Part shown: positions 39,419-49,116 of the stretch, piece by piece | How positions within the stretch are numbered: the stretch's first letter is position 1 | How the letters are laid out: every line of letters begins with the position of its first letter | Source: an uncultured Acidimicrobiia bacterium | GTDB lineage: Bacteria; Actinomycetota; Acidimicrobiia; IMCC26256; JAENVU01 | Length of the DNA stretch: 64,000 nt | Assembly (NCBI GenBank): GCA_963770105.1 | Contig: CAVYOL010000001.1 | Coordinates: forward strand, 296,786 to 360,785 | Direction: 5' to 3' | Notes under the pieces: generated by a model | Database searches by the model: none | Seen by the model: the letters and a program-made list of their open reading frames with translations, nothing else | What the model was told of the DNA's origin: nothing | Position numbers and translations under genes: made by a program

Positions 39419-40936
39419 TCAGCGGTCCCTTCTGCTGGAGGATCGCGACTCCGTCGACGGTCGCGACCCGCTTCCAGGCACCCGCTCGAGGAACTGCGCG
39501 AACTGCGGGTACTTGCCGGGCGGAGAGTACGACGCATGACGCTGATCGGCGGTGGACATGTCCGCGATGAGCGACGGGCGGGTGGGCCGTCAGGTCCGAG
39601 AGGAAGTCGCCCACGCGCCGGGTACCGCGTACCGCTCACCGACGTGATCGGGAGGTCGCGCCACCCGTCGAGCCGGTCAGGAACCCGGTCGTGGCGAAGC
39701 GGACGGACGGACGTCGGTCCGACCGACCAGTACGCCTCGGGCGCCTGACCCCACACCAGCACCCGTTGGTCGGGCGTAGTGTGCGCAGCGAAGTACGCGC
39801 CGACGGCAAGGGCGATCCGTGTGTCCTTCGTGTTGTCGGAGGCGAACGCAAGACCGAGGAAGCCGGCTCATCGACACGATCGTCAGCCCGGCGACGACGA
39901 CGGCGACCCACCGCGGGCCCGGAGCCACGGCGTGGACCAGCCCGCGAACGCCGAGCAGGGTCAGTGGAGGGAGCAGCTCGCAGGTAGTAGTGGCCGAAGA
40001 ACCGGAGTCCCGCGACGACCGGTACCACCGCGACCGCAAGCCACAGCCAGAGCTCGACGTCTTCGCGACGGCGATCGCCACGCGAATGGCACGAGCAGCC
40101 ACGAGGGCGACAGGTCCCGAGGATGAACCAACCGGTCTGGCTCAGCCGAGGCCCATCACGCCGCCGAGCCCGCCTCGACCAGTCGAGGTAACGCGCCGTT
40201 GCTCGTGAACATCCAGCGCACGAACGGACTCCAACCGAAGCCCACCGCCGCGAGGAGGATCGGCGACGGTAGGCCATGCCACGAGCACCGTCGATCCCGC
40301 GTACCGCGCCGATCACTCCAGGCGAGCCAGCCGATCGGCACGAAGGACGACGGCGGCCGCTCTGCAGGGTCAGCGTGCGCGAGCGCCAACGCCACCCCGC
40401 TCGCCCACGTTCTGCGGCCGCGAATCGCGAGGAGCATCGCCGCCGTCGTCAGCGGAAGTGCGAACACCTCGAAGTTGGCGGCCTGCGCGTCGAGTGGTCG
40501 GAACGCGGTGACTGCTGCGAGGTACAGGAGCCCTCCGACCAGTCCCGCGTGCCTCCAGGCGAATCGACGGCTCGCCTCCGATCGGCAAGGAGCAACGCTG
40601 TGATCGCGCATGGCGACGGTGGCGAGCGACGCGCACCGGCCCGAGGTCGTCGGAGCCGGTGACGTCGAACACCGCGGCATAGAGTACGGGACGACGGGCG
40701 GCTTGCGGTCGACCGTGTCCACGTAGAGCCGTCTCGCCGTGGAGGAGCGCCTGCTGCCTGCGTCGCCAGGTACGCCTCGTCGGAGTTGAACACCCGATTC
40801 GAGAAGCCGGGAACGCGCAGCAGCGCCGCCACCGCAAGGAAGAGGAGGAAGAGCACGACGAGGCGCTACGGGACGTCCCACCGCCCACGTCGTCGACAGG
40901 AGGAACCGCGTGCGGCGGCGCGTCGGCCAGACTCAT
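39419..40936 (-). pseudogene. heavily degraded paralogue of the ArnT-like glycosyltransferase at 36212-37764, with 6 or more frameshifts
   Basis: The segments are collinear with the intact copy:
- NSDEAYLATQA...LYVDTVDRKPPVVPY
- FRPLDAQAANFEVFALPLTTAAMLLA
- DVELWLWLAVAVVPVVAGLRFFGHYYL
- VLVWGQAPEAYWSVG
- FLSDLTAHPP
- KRVATVDGVAILQQKG

They are scattered over all three frames. Confidence 0.55.
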
Positions 40937-41041
40937 GAGGGCTCCCGCCACGACCGATCGTTGGGCGAGTCATGCTACCGACCGCACCGGTCGACGCCGC
41001 GTGGACGCGCTTGCGGCTCGCCGCTACGATCCGAGACCGCC

Positions 41042-42499
41042 ATGAACCGCAACCGCATCAAGTCCCGTACGTGCAGCGCACTCGCCGCTCCCGTCCTGAT
41101 GCTGCTCGTGGTCGGCCACGTCGCTCCCCCCGCCACCGCCGCAGGCACGCCATCCCTCGCGCCCGTCATCGCGAGCCCAGCACGCGAACCGTCACCGTTC
41201 ACCTCGACCAGTGCGTTCTGCTCTCCTGACCGCTCGAAGCGGCCACCAAACCTCGAGGCCAGTGCCCCGGGGGTCACCAAGCGCCGGATCCGCGTCGTGT
41301 TCTTCACTCCCGTTGCCAATCCGGTCGCGGAGCCCAGGATCGCAGCTGGTGTGCCCGGAGATCCTGTCCGCGAGGCCCGCACCTTCGGGGAGCTCGTCAA
41401 CCGGTGCGGTGGAATCCTCGGGCGCAAGGTCGACGTCCACATCGAGGCGCAGACCTCGAATCCGAGCGCGGACTGCCTGCGGGCGGCTCAGCTGGATGCG
41501 TTCGTCGTCGTGTCGTGGACCACGTTCGATGGTGCGTCGTGCATTGCGCAGGATCGCCGGGAAGTAATGATCGCCAGCGGGACACAGGCGCCGAACGACG
41601 CCCTGCTCACGACCCAGGGCCGACTGGCGGTCGGATCGACGAGCGATGGCATCCTGGCCGCGCGCGTGCTCGATCTCGTGCAGAGCGGAAGGCTCGACCA
41701 CAAGCGGGTGAACGTGGTCGCCACCCAGGGCCAGGATCAGGACGCACGCTCGGTCCGCCAGCTCCTGGCCGCCGCAGATCCGAGCCGGAGGATCGCGCTC
41801 GTCGGAGGACCCGGAGCACCACCGGACCGTTCAGCCGATGTCGTGATCACGACGTCCTTCGAAGTCCCGTTCGCGGAGCTGGCTCGTAGTGCGCCGCGCC
41901 CGAGTGCCGTGTACTCCCTCGGGGACGTGTCCGATCAGGCGCTCGATGCAGTCCGGATCAATGGCGGCGTCGATGCTGCGCGCGCCCTCAACGACGCGGG
42001 GCTGTATGGCTGGATCAGCCCGGATCTCGCGGACTTCCGCGAGAACGACGACCCGACGAGCTTCACCTCGATGTGCAACCGCGCGTACGCAACCGCGACT
42101 CCTGGACCGAGCACGACCCAACCGCAGGACGGCGACACGACCACGACTGTCGCCGCGAATCTCCCGGGTGGTCCCTACCTGCAGGTCGCGAAGGTCTGCC
42201 TGGCGTGGCGCATCACGGCGCGTGCGCTCTACGACGCCGGTCCAAATCCGACGGAGCGCACGTTGGTCCGCGCCCTCTTCCGGCTGCCGTACGTCGACAC
42301 CGTCAGCGACACGCCCAAGAGCCGCCCCAATCAGGTGATCAACGAACCGGTCACCCGAGCCGGCCTTCCGGTCTTCCTGGCCAAGGCCGAGTATCCGTGC
42401 GTGCACCCCCGGGCCCCGAGGGCACCGGCCGACGACCGCATGTGCTGGGTGCCGGTAAGCGGCTGGGGCAACGGTCACGCGGTCAACGCGGCCGCCTGA
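41042..42499 (+). CDS. secreted protein, type-I periplasmic-binding (LivK-like substrate-binding) fold candidate
   Basis: Signal peptide MNRNRIKSRTCSALAAPVLMLLVVGHVAPPATAAG, then GVTKRRIRVVFFTP...ELVNRCGGILGRKVDVHIEAQTSNPS, which resembles branched-chain amino-acid SBPs. Intact. No ABC partner genes are nearby. Confidence 0.45.
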   Translation: MNRNRIKSRTCSALAAPVLMLLVVGHVAPPATAAGTPSLAPVIASPAREPSPFTSTSAFCSPDRSKRPPNLEASAPGVTKRRIRVVFFTPVANPVAEPRIAAGVPGDPVREARTFGELVNRCGGILGRKVDVHIEAQTSNPSADCLRAAQLDAFVVVSWTTFDGASCIAQDRREVMIASGTQAPNDALLTTQGRLAVGSTSDGILAARVLDLVQSGRLDHKRVNVVATQGQDQDARSVRQLLAAADPSRRIALVGGPGAPPDRSADVVITTSFEVPFAELARSAPRPSAVYSLGDVSDQALDAVRINGGVDAARALNDAGLYGWISPDLADFRENDDPTSFTSMCNRAYATATPGPSTTQPQDGDTTTTVAANLPGGPYLQVAKVCLAWRITARALYDAGPNPTERTLVRALFRLPYVDTVSDTPKSRPNQVINEPVTRAGLPVFLAKAEYPCVHPRAPRAPADDRMCWVPVSGWGNGHAVNAAA

Positions 42500-42592
42500 T
42501 GGGTCGGCCGTCTCGACAATGCCCCGCGCCGGCACTGCCGTCGAAGATCAGCGAGAGGCCCGGTTCTCGAGCGTCACCTGTTGCAGGCGAGA

Positions 42593-43841
42593 TCAAACGG
42601 TCGTGATCGAGCGGTCCCGTTCGGGAGCGCCCCGTTCTTCCGCCCATGTCTCGTGATCACCGGGTTCCAGGTCGCGGCGTCGACCGAGCGGCGCGGCTCG
42701 GGCCCTGACGAGCGCGACAACGCCGCTGAAGACGACGGCGACCAGCAACGCGTTCCGTGTCATCAGCATCACCTCGGCCCAGGCGGCTCCCTTGACCACC
42801 TCCAGATAGCCGCGGCATCAGTCCAGCTGAGAGCGCGGCAGATGCTCGCGGCGAGGACCGCCGGCACCCATTTGCGGTGCACGCGGCGGCAATCGCCGCA
42901 AACGGCAGCAACCACACCGCGTATTGCGGCGAGAAGATCGGTGAACAGGCGAGCAGCGCGGCGACCACGGCCAGCGCGGCGACTCCATCAGTCAGGCCTG
43001 CGGACGGCGCACGCACCCGGGCGAGAAGGATCGAGATCATGGTGACGGTCGCGACGAGGACGAGGCCCGAGAGACCGCTCGCGGTCGGGGTCACGCGCCC
43101 AACTCGCCATGCGCCTTCTTCCGCGTGCACTCGCTCGTTTGCCATCGCACGCACGAGCGCGCCGCCAACGCTCTCGATCTGCCAACCCTTCGCCCCACGG
43201 AACGTCAACACGTCGCGTGGACCCGCGGTACCGCCCCAAGCGAGCCACAAGCACAGGCCGACCGACGCTGTGACCGCGGCTGCTACGAGTGCCCGGCCCC
43301 GGCGTTGCACCGCGAGGAGCGGCAACAGAACAAGCGGCCACACCTTCGCGAAGCACGCGACCCCGATCGTGACGCCGCCCGCGACCGGTCGCTGTCGGCG
43401 CGTGAGTGCGAGGCCCCAGCTCGCAAGCACCACAGGGAGCAGGTCGAGCCGTAGGTAGATGAATGGCCATGCCACAAGAGTCAGGCCGAGCACGAGGTAC
43501 GCAACCCCGGCGCGACGGCCCCAGCCGTAGAACAGCGCAGCTGCAGTCAGGAGGTCGAGCGTCAGCTGCGTCCAGACGAGGGCCACGGCGGACTCGTGCA
43601 GAGAGCCCGAAGCGAGGACCTTGATGGCGGCCCATGTCACGGGCGGATACTCGATGCGCACGTCGCGATACGGCGCGCCCGATGCGTCGGCGATCGCTTC
43701 GTAGCGGCGTGCATCTCCGATCACCCCACTCTGGCGGTCGAAGGTGTCGGGAGCTGCGAGCAGGAGGCCAGCGGCGAGAACTCGAAGCAGGCACAGCCCC
43801 ACGACGAGGCCGATGAGCCACCGGCTGACGCTCCGATTCAT
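42593..43841 (-). pseudogene. GT87/DUF2029-like membrane glycosyltransferase with 2 or more C-terminal frameshifts (near 42885 and 42810)
   Basis: MNRSVSRWLIGLVVGLCLL, YRDVRIEYPPVTWAAI, about 9 TM segments. The tail VHRKWVPAVLAASICRALSW / YLEVVKGAAWAEVMLMTRNALLVAVVF needs two frame changes. Confidence 0.55.
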
Positions 43842-44123
43842 CGCTCGACCTTGTCTTCGGCCTGTCATCAGCGATCGCTCCCACCCAACGCGTCGACCTC
43901 GCTGGCGGGCCGGGCGCGTCGAGACCCTGACCCCTGGCGAGTAGGAGTGGAGTCAGGATCTCTACTGACGCTCTTCCCGCATGCGAACGGGGCGACGTGC
44001 GAGCGACGGTACGGCTCTCAGATGAGAGGGGTGTGAAGACTGACCTGCCGATCGAGGGCGGCGCGCACCCGTCGATCAGAGCCCAACGGGATCGAGCGTT
44101 GCCCTTGGGCCTGGAGTGAGTGA

Positions 44124-44552
44124 GTGGAGCTTCTGGGACGTAACTCCAAACGAGACAACGTAACCAAACTTCGGTCAATCCTCGCTGGTCAGGGACGTGA
44201 CCGCCCACCCGATCGACCTACCCGATCGCCCCTGCGTCAACGCCGTCTCGATGACCAAGAGCAGGCACAGCTGCTCGTTGCCTTCGATCAAGGCGTGATG
44301 ATCAACGTCCTGGCCGAGATGTTCGATCTCAGCCGCACTGCGGTGATGGCCAACCTCAAGCGGCTCGGGGCCGAGTCCCGACAAGGGATCGTTGACCGGC
44401 GCATCGAAGAAGCCCGCACCCTCTACGAGCAGGGATGGTCACTGGCCAGGATCGGTGAGCAGTACGGCGTCTATCCCTCCACGGTGCGAGACGCGCTGCT
44501 CAGGGCAGACGTACGGATGCGTCCAAGACCTGGTGCCGGCCCAAAATTCTGA
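44124..44552 (+). CDS. tandem helix-turn-helix protein resembling the C-terminal DNA-binding part of actinobacterial serine recombinases/resolvases; no catalytic domain
   Basis: LDDQEQAQLLVAFDQGVMINVLAEMFDLSRTAVMANLKRLG and IEEARTLYEQGWSLARIGEQYGVYPSTVRDALLRADVRMRPRPG. GTG start. Confidence 0.5.
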   Translation: MELLGRNSKRDNVTKLRSILAGQGRDRPPDRPTRSPLRQRRLDDQEQAQLLVAFDQGVMINVLAEMFDLSRTAVMANLKRLGAESRQGIVDRRIEEARTLYEQGWSLARIGEQYGVYPSTVRDALLRADVRMRPRPGAGPKF

Positions 44553-44712
44553 CCAGCGATCTCGAAGTGACCTTGATCCGGCGTTCGGTGACACTCCGGA
44601 GACGTTGTTCGGGGACGCGCGTTATGGGACAGCTGCTGCCCGTTCGGTGAACCCCGAGCTCTCGCAATATCACGCCAGAGCGGGCAATCGGCGCGGATGG
44701 CGGGGAGGCCGA

Positions 44713-45418
44713 CTATGTCCTTCTCTCAAGCGCGGCAACAGCGTCAGGGTTGAAGCCTTTGACGACGAGCCAGACGCCGAGCGAGAACTCGAAGACCGCG
44801 ACCGGCAGTGCTGACAGTCCTGCGACGGGTGCATGTTGGCCGACGAGACCGAAGATCACGGCGAGCCAGCCAGCGATGAGTACGGGGCCTCCAACGATTC
44901 CGATGCGGGAAAGGGATCTCGGTACCAGTCGTGACTGGTACAGCAGGGTTCCCAACAAGAGGTCGTTGACGGCGGGCATGAAGCTTTGTCCGAGGAGGAA
45001 GATGCGGTTGTAAAGGATGACAAGCGTGCGGCTCGTGACGTAGCGCATCCGGTCCAACCCCGTCCTTCCGCAAGGTCACGACCGTCAGGAGGAACGCGAC
45101 GCCGAGGAAGATGGTGGCCGCTTCCAGAACCCGCGAGGCGACGAGGCCAAGCGCGAGCGTTTCGTTCTGTTTCTTGAGTACCGGGAACAGAACGACGGCG
45201 GTGCCGATTCCCGCGAGGGCCACGATGATCTCCAGAACCCCGCCGAACATGGCGCCTGTGTCCGGTCCAGAGCCGATGACGTAATGAGCGCCCTTCACGG
45301 GTCCGTAGATGACGACGGTCGGGATCGAGACAAAGGTGAGTAGATAGAGGATGCCCGCCGTGAGCGAGGTTCTTCTCTGTGGAGACTGAGTTGTGACAGT
45401 CGTATCGGTGGTGTTCAC
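44713..45418 (-). pseudogene. DUF4386 family membrane protein with a frameshift near 45055
   Basis: The first frame reads TSLTAGILYLLTFVSIPTVVIYGPV...GAMFGGVLEIIVALAGIGTAVVLFPVLKK. It continues in another frame as YVTSRTLVILYNRIFLLGQSFMPAVNDLLLGTLLYQSRLVPR. Confidence 0.6.
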
Positions 45419-45448
45419 AAGCTCCTCGCCGCTCCTCCGGTGTGCGCG

Positions 45449-46226
45449 TTATGAGGCTTGCGGTCGCTGTTCGGACCAGAGTGCATAACCCAGCCAGGCA
45501 AGGGCTACGCCCACCGGTATCGCGATTTTCGGCTGAGACGCGTTGGGAAGCAGCGCTGCTACGGGGGCCAACGCGGTCCCGACCGCGAGCAGTGCGCCCG
45601 CCCCAGCGCGGCAGGATGCCGGCGCGGAACGTAGCGATGCCGAATGCGAGGCCGCCGACGATGTAGATGGGTGCGGTGAGCGTCCATAGCGTCGGCATCA
45701 CGCCGAGGTCCATCTTGCTGGCGGGGCCTACCAACATGCCCATCCACGCCGTTACGAACTTCGGATCGGTTGTCGCGATCTTCGGCAGGATGAAGGCTTC
45801 GACGAAGGTGAAGCCCATGATGAGCACGAACCAGAGGGTCAACATGACAAAACCGACGAGACCGAGCCACCCAGTCTTTGTCGCTTGCCGGGCGTAGAGC
45901 CCCACCATGCCGAGCACTGCGAAGAAGCACATGGCGCAGGCCAGAAAATGAACGACTTGCCATCGGGTGCCGGTGACCGACGAAGGAACGTTGGGTGGAT
46001 GGAAGATTCCGACGAGCACGTAACACAGCCCTGCCAACATTGCTGACAGACCCGCCAAACGGAGGAGCTTGGCGGTTGTGATGTTCGTGGTCGGGCTCGC
46101 GATGCCCTGTGGATCCGCAGCGCGGCGCGCGTCAACTCCCACTGTGGCTCCTAACGTCGAGACTGAGGAAGCCACATGCCCGCTCGACCGGGCAGTGTCT
46201 GAGAGCGCAAAGGTGCAGCCGGGCAA
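45449..46226 (-). pseudogene. polytopic membrane protein, hypothetical; frameshift near 45610, start uncertain
   Basis: LLRLAGLSAMLAGLCYVLVGIFHPP...WLGLVGFVMLTLWFVLIMGFTFVEAFILP...FGIATFRAGILPRW. The tail in another frame is GALLAVGTALAPVAALLPN...ALAWLGYALWSEQRPQAS. Confidence 0.45.
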
Positions 46227-46380
46227 AACGGTACTCGCAGATCAGCGCCGCCGCTACGACCGACGCCGCCCATCACTGCCGCTCGGCGCTCGCCGTGCCC
46301 GTGGCAACGCCGACAGATGTGCGCACATAACAACGCCCCGGTGCCGGCGGTATGGGGCAGGTCGCGTCAGGTGGTCCCGG

Positions 46381-47130
46381 TCAGGGGGCTCGGCGGCGGC
46401 CGACGACCGCGACGAGTCCGGCAAGCAGTGTCTCGTTGCCGAAGGCCTGGCGGACGTCGGCGTCGACGCCGAACCGAGCAAGGAACTCTGGGAGTCGGCC
46501 GGTGTCGATGAGCACGTTGTCGTGCGTCTCGTCATCACGACGCCAGAGTTCGCCGTCACGGACGAACATCGTCATCTCACGCCGGAAGATCCGATCACCG
46601 ATGACCGAGCGACGCGTCGTGAGCACCCAGTCCTCTCCGAACCAGACCCCGGGCGGCTGCCCGCGCCGGGCAGATCCCCACTCCAGGTCGCAGATGTCGA
46701 ACGCGAGTACCCCGGAGTCCTCGAGCGCACCCGCCATGGCGGCCAGCGAACGATCGATTTCTTCCTCGCTGTCGAGGTAGCTCAACGCATGACCGACACT
46801 GACGATCGCATCGGCGGTCGGCAGCGGATCATCGGGAAGCCGAAGGACCTCGACCGGCACCGTGGGAACGAAGTCACGGGCAAGCTCGACCATGGCCGGA
46901 GACGCATCGGTCGCGAGTACCCGATGGCCTGCCTCGACGAGGTACTTCGTGAGCAACCCGGATCCACAACCGAGCTCCAGGACGAGCCCGGACCGCTCCA
47001 GGACGGGCTCGAGGATCGTCAGAATCCCGGGTGCCACCGCATCCGCGTGGAACCCGAACCCTTCGTGATGGATGCGCGCCAGATCCGATCGGTAGTACGG
47101 CGAGGCAGGCATACGACGCGATCGTGTCAC
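46381..47130 (-). CDS. class I SAM-dependent methyltransferase
   Basis: Motif I VLELGCGSGLLT followed by VLATDASPAMVE. Intact 249 aa. Confidence 0.8.
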   Translation of the reverse strand: MTRSRRMPASPYYRSDLARIHHEGFGFHADAVAPGILTILEPVLERSGLVLELGCGSGLLTKYLVEAGHRVLATDASPAMVELARDFVPTVPVEVLRLPDDPLPTADAIVSVGHALSYLDSEEEIDRSLAAMAGALEDSGVLAFDICDLEWGSARRGQPPGVWFGEDWVLTTRRSVIGDRIFRREMTMFVRDGELWRRDDETHDNVLIDTGRLPEFLARFGVDADVRQAFGNETLLAGLVAVVGRRRAP

Positions 47131-47684
47131 AGCGCTCCGTCGTGAGACTGCAGCCTCACGTCTTCAGCCGGCGATATGGGCGAGTAGTCGGCACCGAGTC
47201 GCAATATCCTGGATGGCCATGGGCGACGCTGTTGTGCATCCGGTCGAGTGCGGAGACTGCCGACGAGCAATCCCCGGCGCGCGCGCTCTGACGATCCCGT
47301 CGATACACGAGAACGATGCCCTGCATGCGGGTCGCTCGCTCGGCTCGTACGCGTACACGCAAGCGAACAAGTGACCCTCCATGAGCGCATCGACCTCAAG
47401 GTGAAGAAGGGCGGGCGCGGGAGACCCAGCTCGGAGCTTCGCCAGGGTGACGACCAACACCGAGCCTCAGGCGGTTGGCACACGATCCGGTCGTGTCAAA
47501 GAACTGCTGGCAGCCGTCGTGAGACCCACGCGCTACGTCGCCGGAGTGACCAATAGTGCACGCAGGTCCCATCCCCGAAGTGCCGTTCGGGGATACACGC
47601 CAGCCGTAATCGACTCGGCGTCGACGAAATGTCGTCCGGAGTTCGAGTAGCACTCCCAAGGTGGCTGGAGTGACCGGGCAGTAG

Positions 47685-47758
47685 TGGAGGTGATGGGACT
47701 TGAACCCACGACTTCTACGTTGCGAACGTAGCGCTCTACCGGGCTGAGCTACACCCCC
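47685..47758 (-). tRNA. tRNA-Ala (anticodon CGC)
   Basis: Manual cloverleaf:
- Acceptor stem GGGGGTG/CACCTCC, containing the Ala identity pair G3:U70.
- D arm GCTC/GAGC.
- Anticodon stem CTACG/CGTAG with loop TTCGCAA.
- T arm GTGGG-TTCAAGT-CCCAT.
- Discriminator A.

CCA is not encoded. Confidence 0.9.
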
Positions 47759-47809
47759 GAAGGAAGGTCGAGGCTACCAAACCCGTCCTCGGACTCACCG
47801 GCCGGAGGA

Positions 47810-49081
47810 TCAGGGGGTCAGCGACTCGATCTGGCCCGACGTGCACCACGACGGGGAGTTGATCGGGTTGCAGCGCGCCGGGGTCCCGCCCGGGATCGCC
47901 ACGAAGTACGGCTGGCCGTACGCGCGCCCCGGCACCTCGTAGTCCGTGCTCACCCACTGCGCCCCGCTCGCCGATCGCGGCATCCCACGGGACGGTGTTG
48001 TTCGCGCGGGCCTCGTGGGTGTCGGCGTCCGCGCGCGTCCGGACGACGTAGCCCGCGGCAACGTCGGCCCGGATCGTCGCGTTGTCACCGATCGGGTCGT
48101 TGAGCTTGATGAACGCGGCGTCGGGTCGGCCGACCTCCGAATTGGTGAAGATCTCCCGACCCTGGAGCGTCGGATGACCGGCGGTGTACGTGTCGCGGTA
48201 CGAGCCCGCGTTGTCCATGACGAACATCACCTTGCCCCGCACCGAGTCGATCGTCGGCCAGCCATCGGTCGTCACGGCTTCAGCGAGCGTCGCGTGGTGG
48301 CCGCGCACGTCGTCGGGAGTGATGACGTCTCGGGGCGGGAACACCGAGCGGATCTCCTGGTCGAGCTGGTCCATGGCGGGACCGGTCCACGGCAGGATCG
48401 GCGTCGCCAAGCCGTAGTCCGTGTCGTTGAGCTCGGTCAGGATCGTGATGGGCATGTGCTTCGGGTGCGCGTCGGACCACGTCTTGACCACCTGCAGGCA
48501 GTCGACCCAGCGCGCGCACGTCGTGCCGTAGTCCACGTCGGGAACGTGCAGCACGCGGATGCCGGTCGGGTCGGCGTAGACGTCGAGCTCGATCTGGCGG
48601 ATGCCCTCGGACTGGAACTGCACGTTCAGCGGGTCGTGGCTGTACTGCCACTCCTGCACCCCGGAGAACGGCGGCATCGTCGGCGCGACGTGGTAGCTGT
48701 TGTGCGATCCGAGCACCTGCACCTGGTTCATGCGCAGCGAGTTGTTGAAGAGCGCGACCCCGAAGCGCGTGCCGGACCCGGAGTGCGCGACCGCGATGAC
48801 CTGGTGGAGCCCGGACCTGGCCGCGTTGCCGGGCAGCGTGAACGTCAGCGGCAGGACGCCGCTCGCGATCGAGGCGCCCAACGGCCGGTCGAGCCAGACC
48901 GTCGCCCGCAGCCCGGCCTCGGGCCGCGGCGCAGTCACCGTGACGGTCCGCGCCCCGCGGCCTGGGGAATCCCGACGGTGACCGCGAGTCCCTCGTTGCC
49001 GGGCCCACCGCCGCGCAGGTGCGCACACGACGCCGCCACCACGACCATGACCACGGCAATCGCCACACGACGGATCGTCAC
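47810..49081 (-). pseudogene. secreted/lipoprotein PI-PLC-like (Ca-dependent phosphoinositide phospholipase C-type) protein with 2 frameshifts (near 48965 and 47975)
   Basis: A GTG start with an AAGGGGG RBS and lipobox VTIRRVAIAVVMVVVAASC is in one frame. The catalytic region QVLGSHNSYH...IRQIELDVYAD is in a second frame. The C-terminus GAQWVSTDYEVPGRAYGQPYF is in a third. Confidence 0.7.
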
Positions 49082-49116
49082 CGGATGCCCCCTTGTCCGC
49101 TTCGCCCCGACGGAGC

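Larger units (their letters stand above)
43869..47684. mobile_element. putative decayed genomic islet (lower GC, resolvase-type HTH fragment, abuts the 3' end of tRNA-Ala)
   Basis: Hand-counted 60 nt samples give 58-63% GC, against about 72% in a flanking sample. The block is bounded by the tRNA 3' end at 47685. No integrase was recognised. Confidence 0.3.

Noticed and set aside
44109-44147. Treating the similarity to the tRNA-Ala 3' region (47664-47707) as a defined att site.
   Set aside because: Only three short blocks (9, 7 and 6 nt) match, in the same order but with gaps. This is not clearly above chance in GC-rich DNA. It is kept only as supporting evidence in the island finding.
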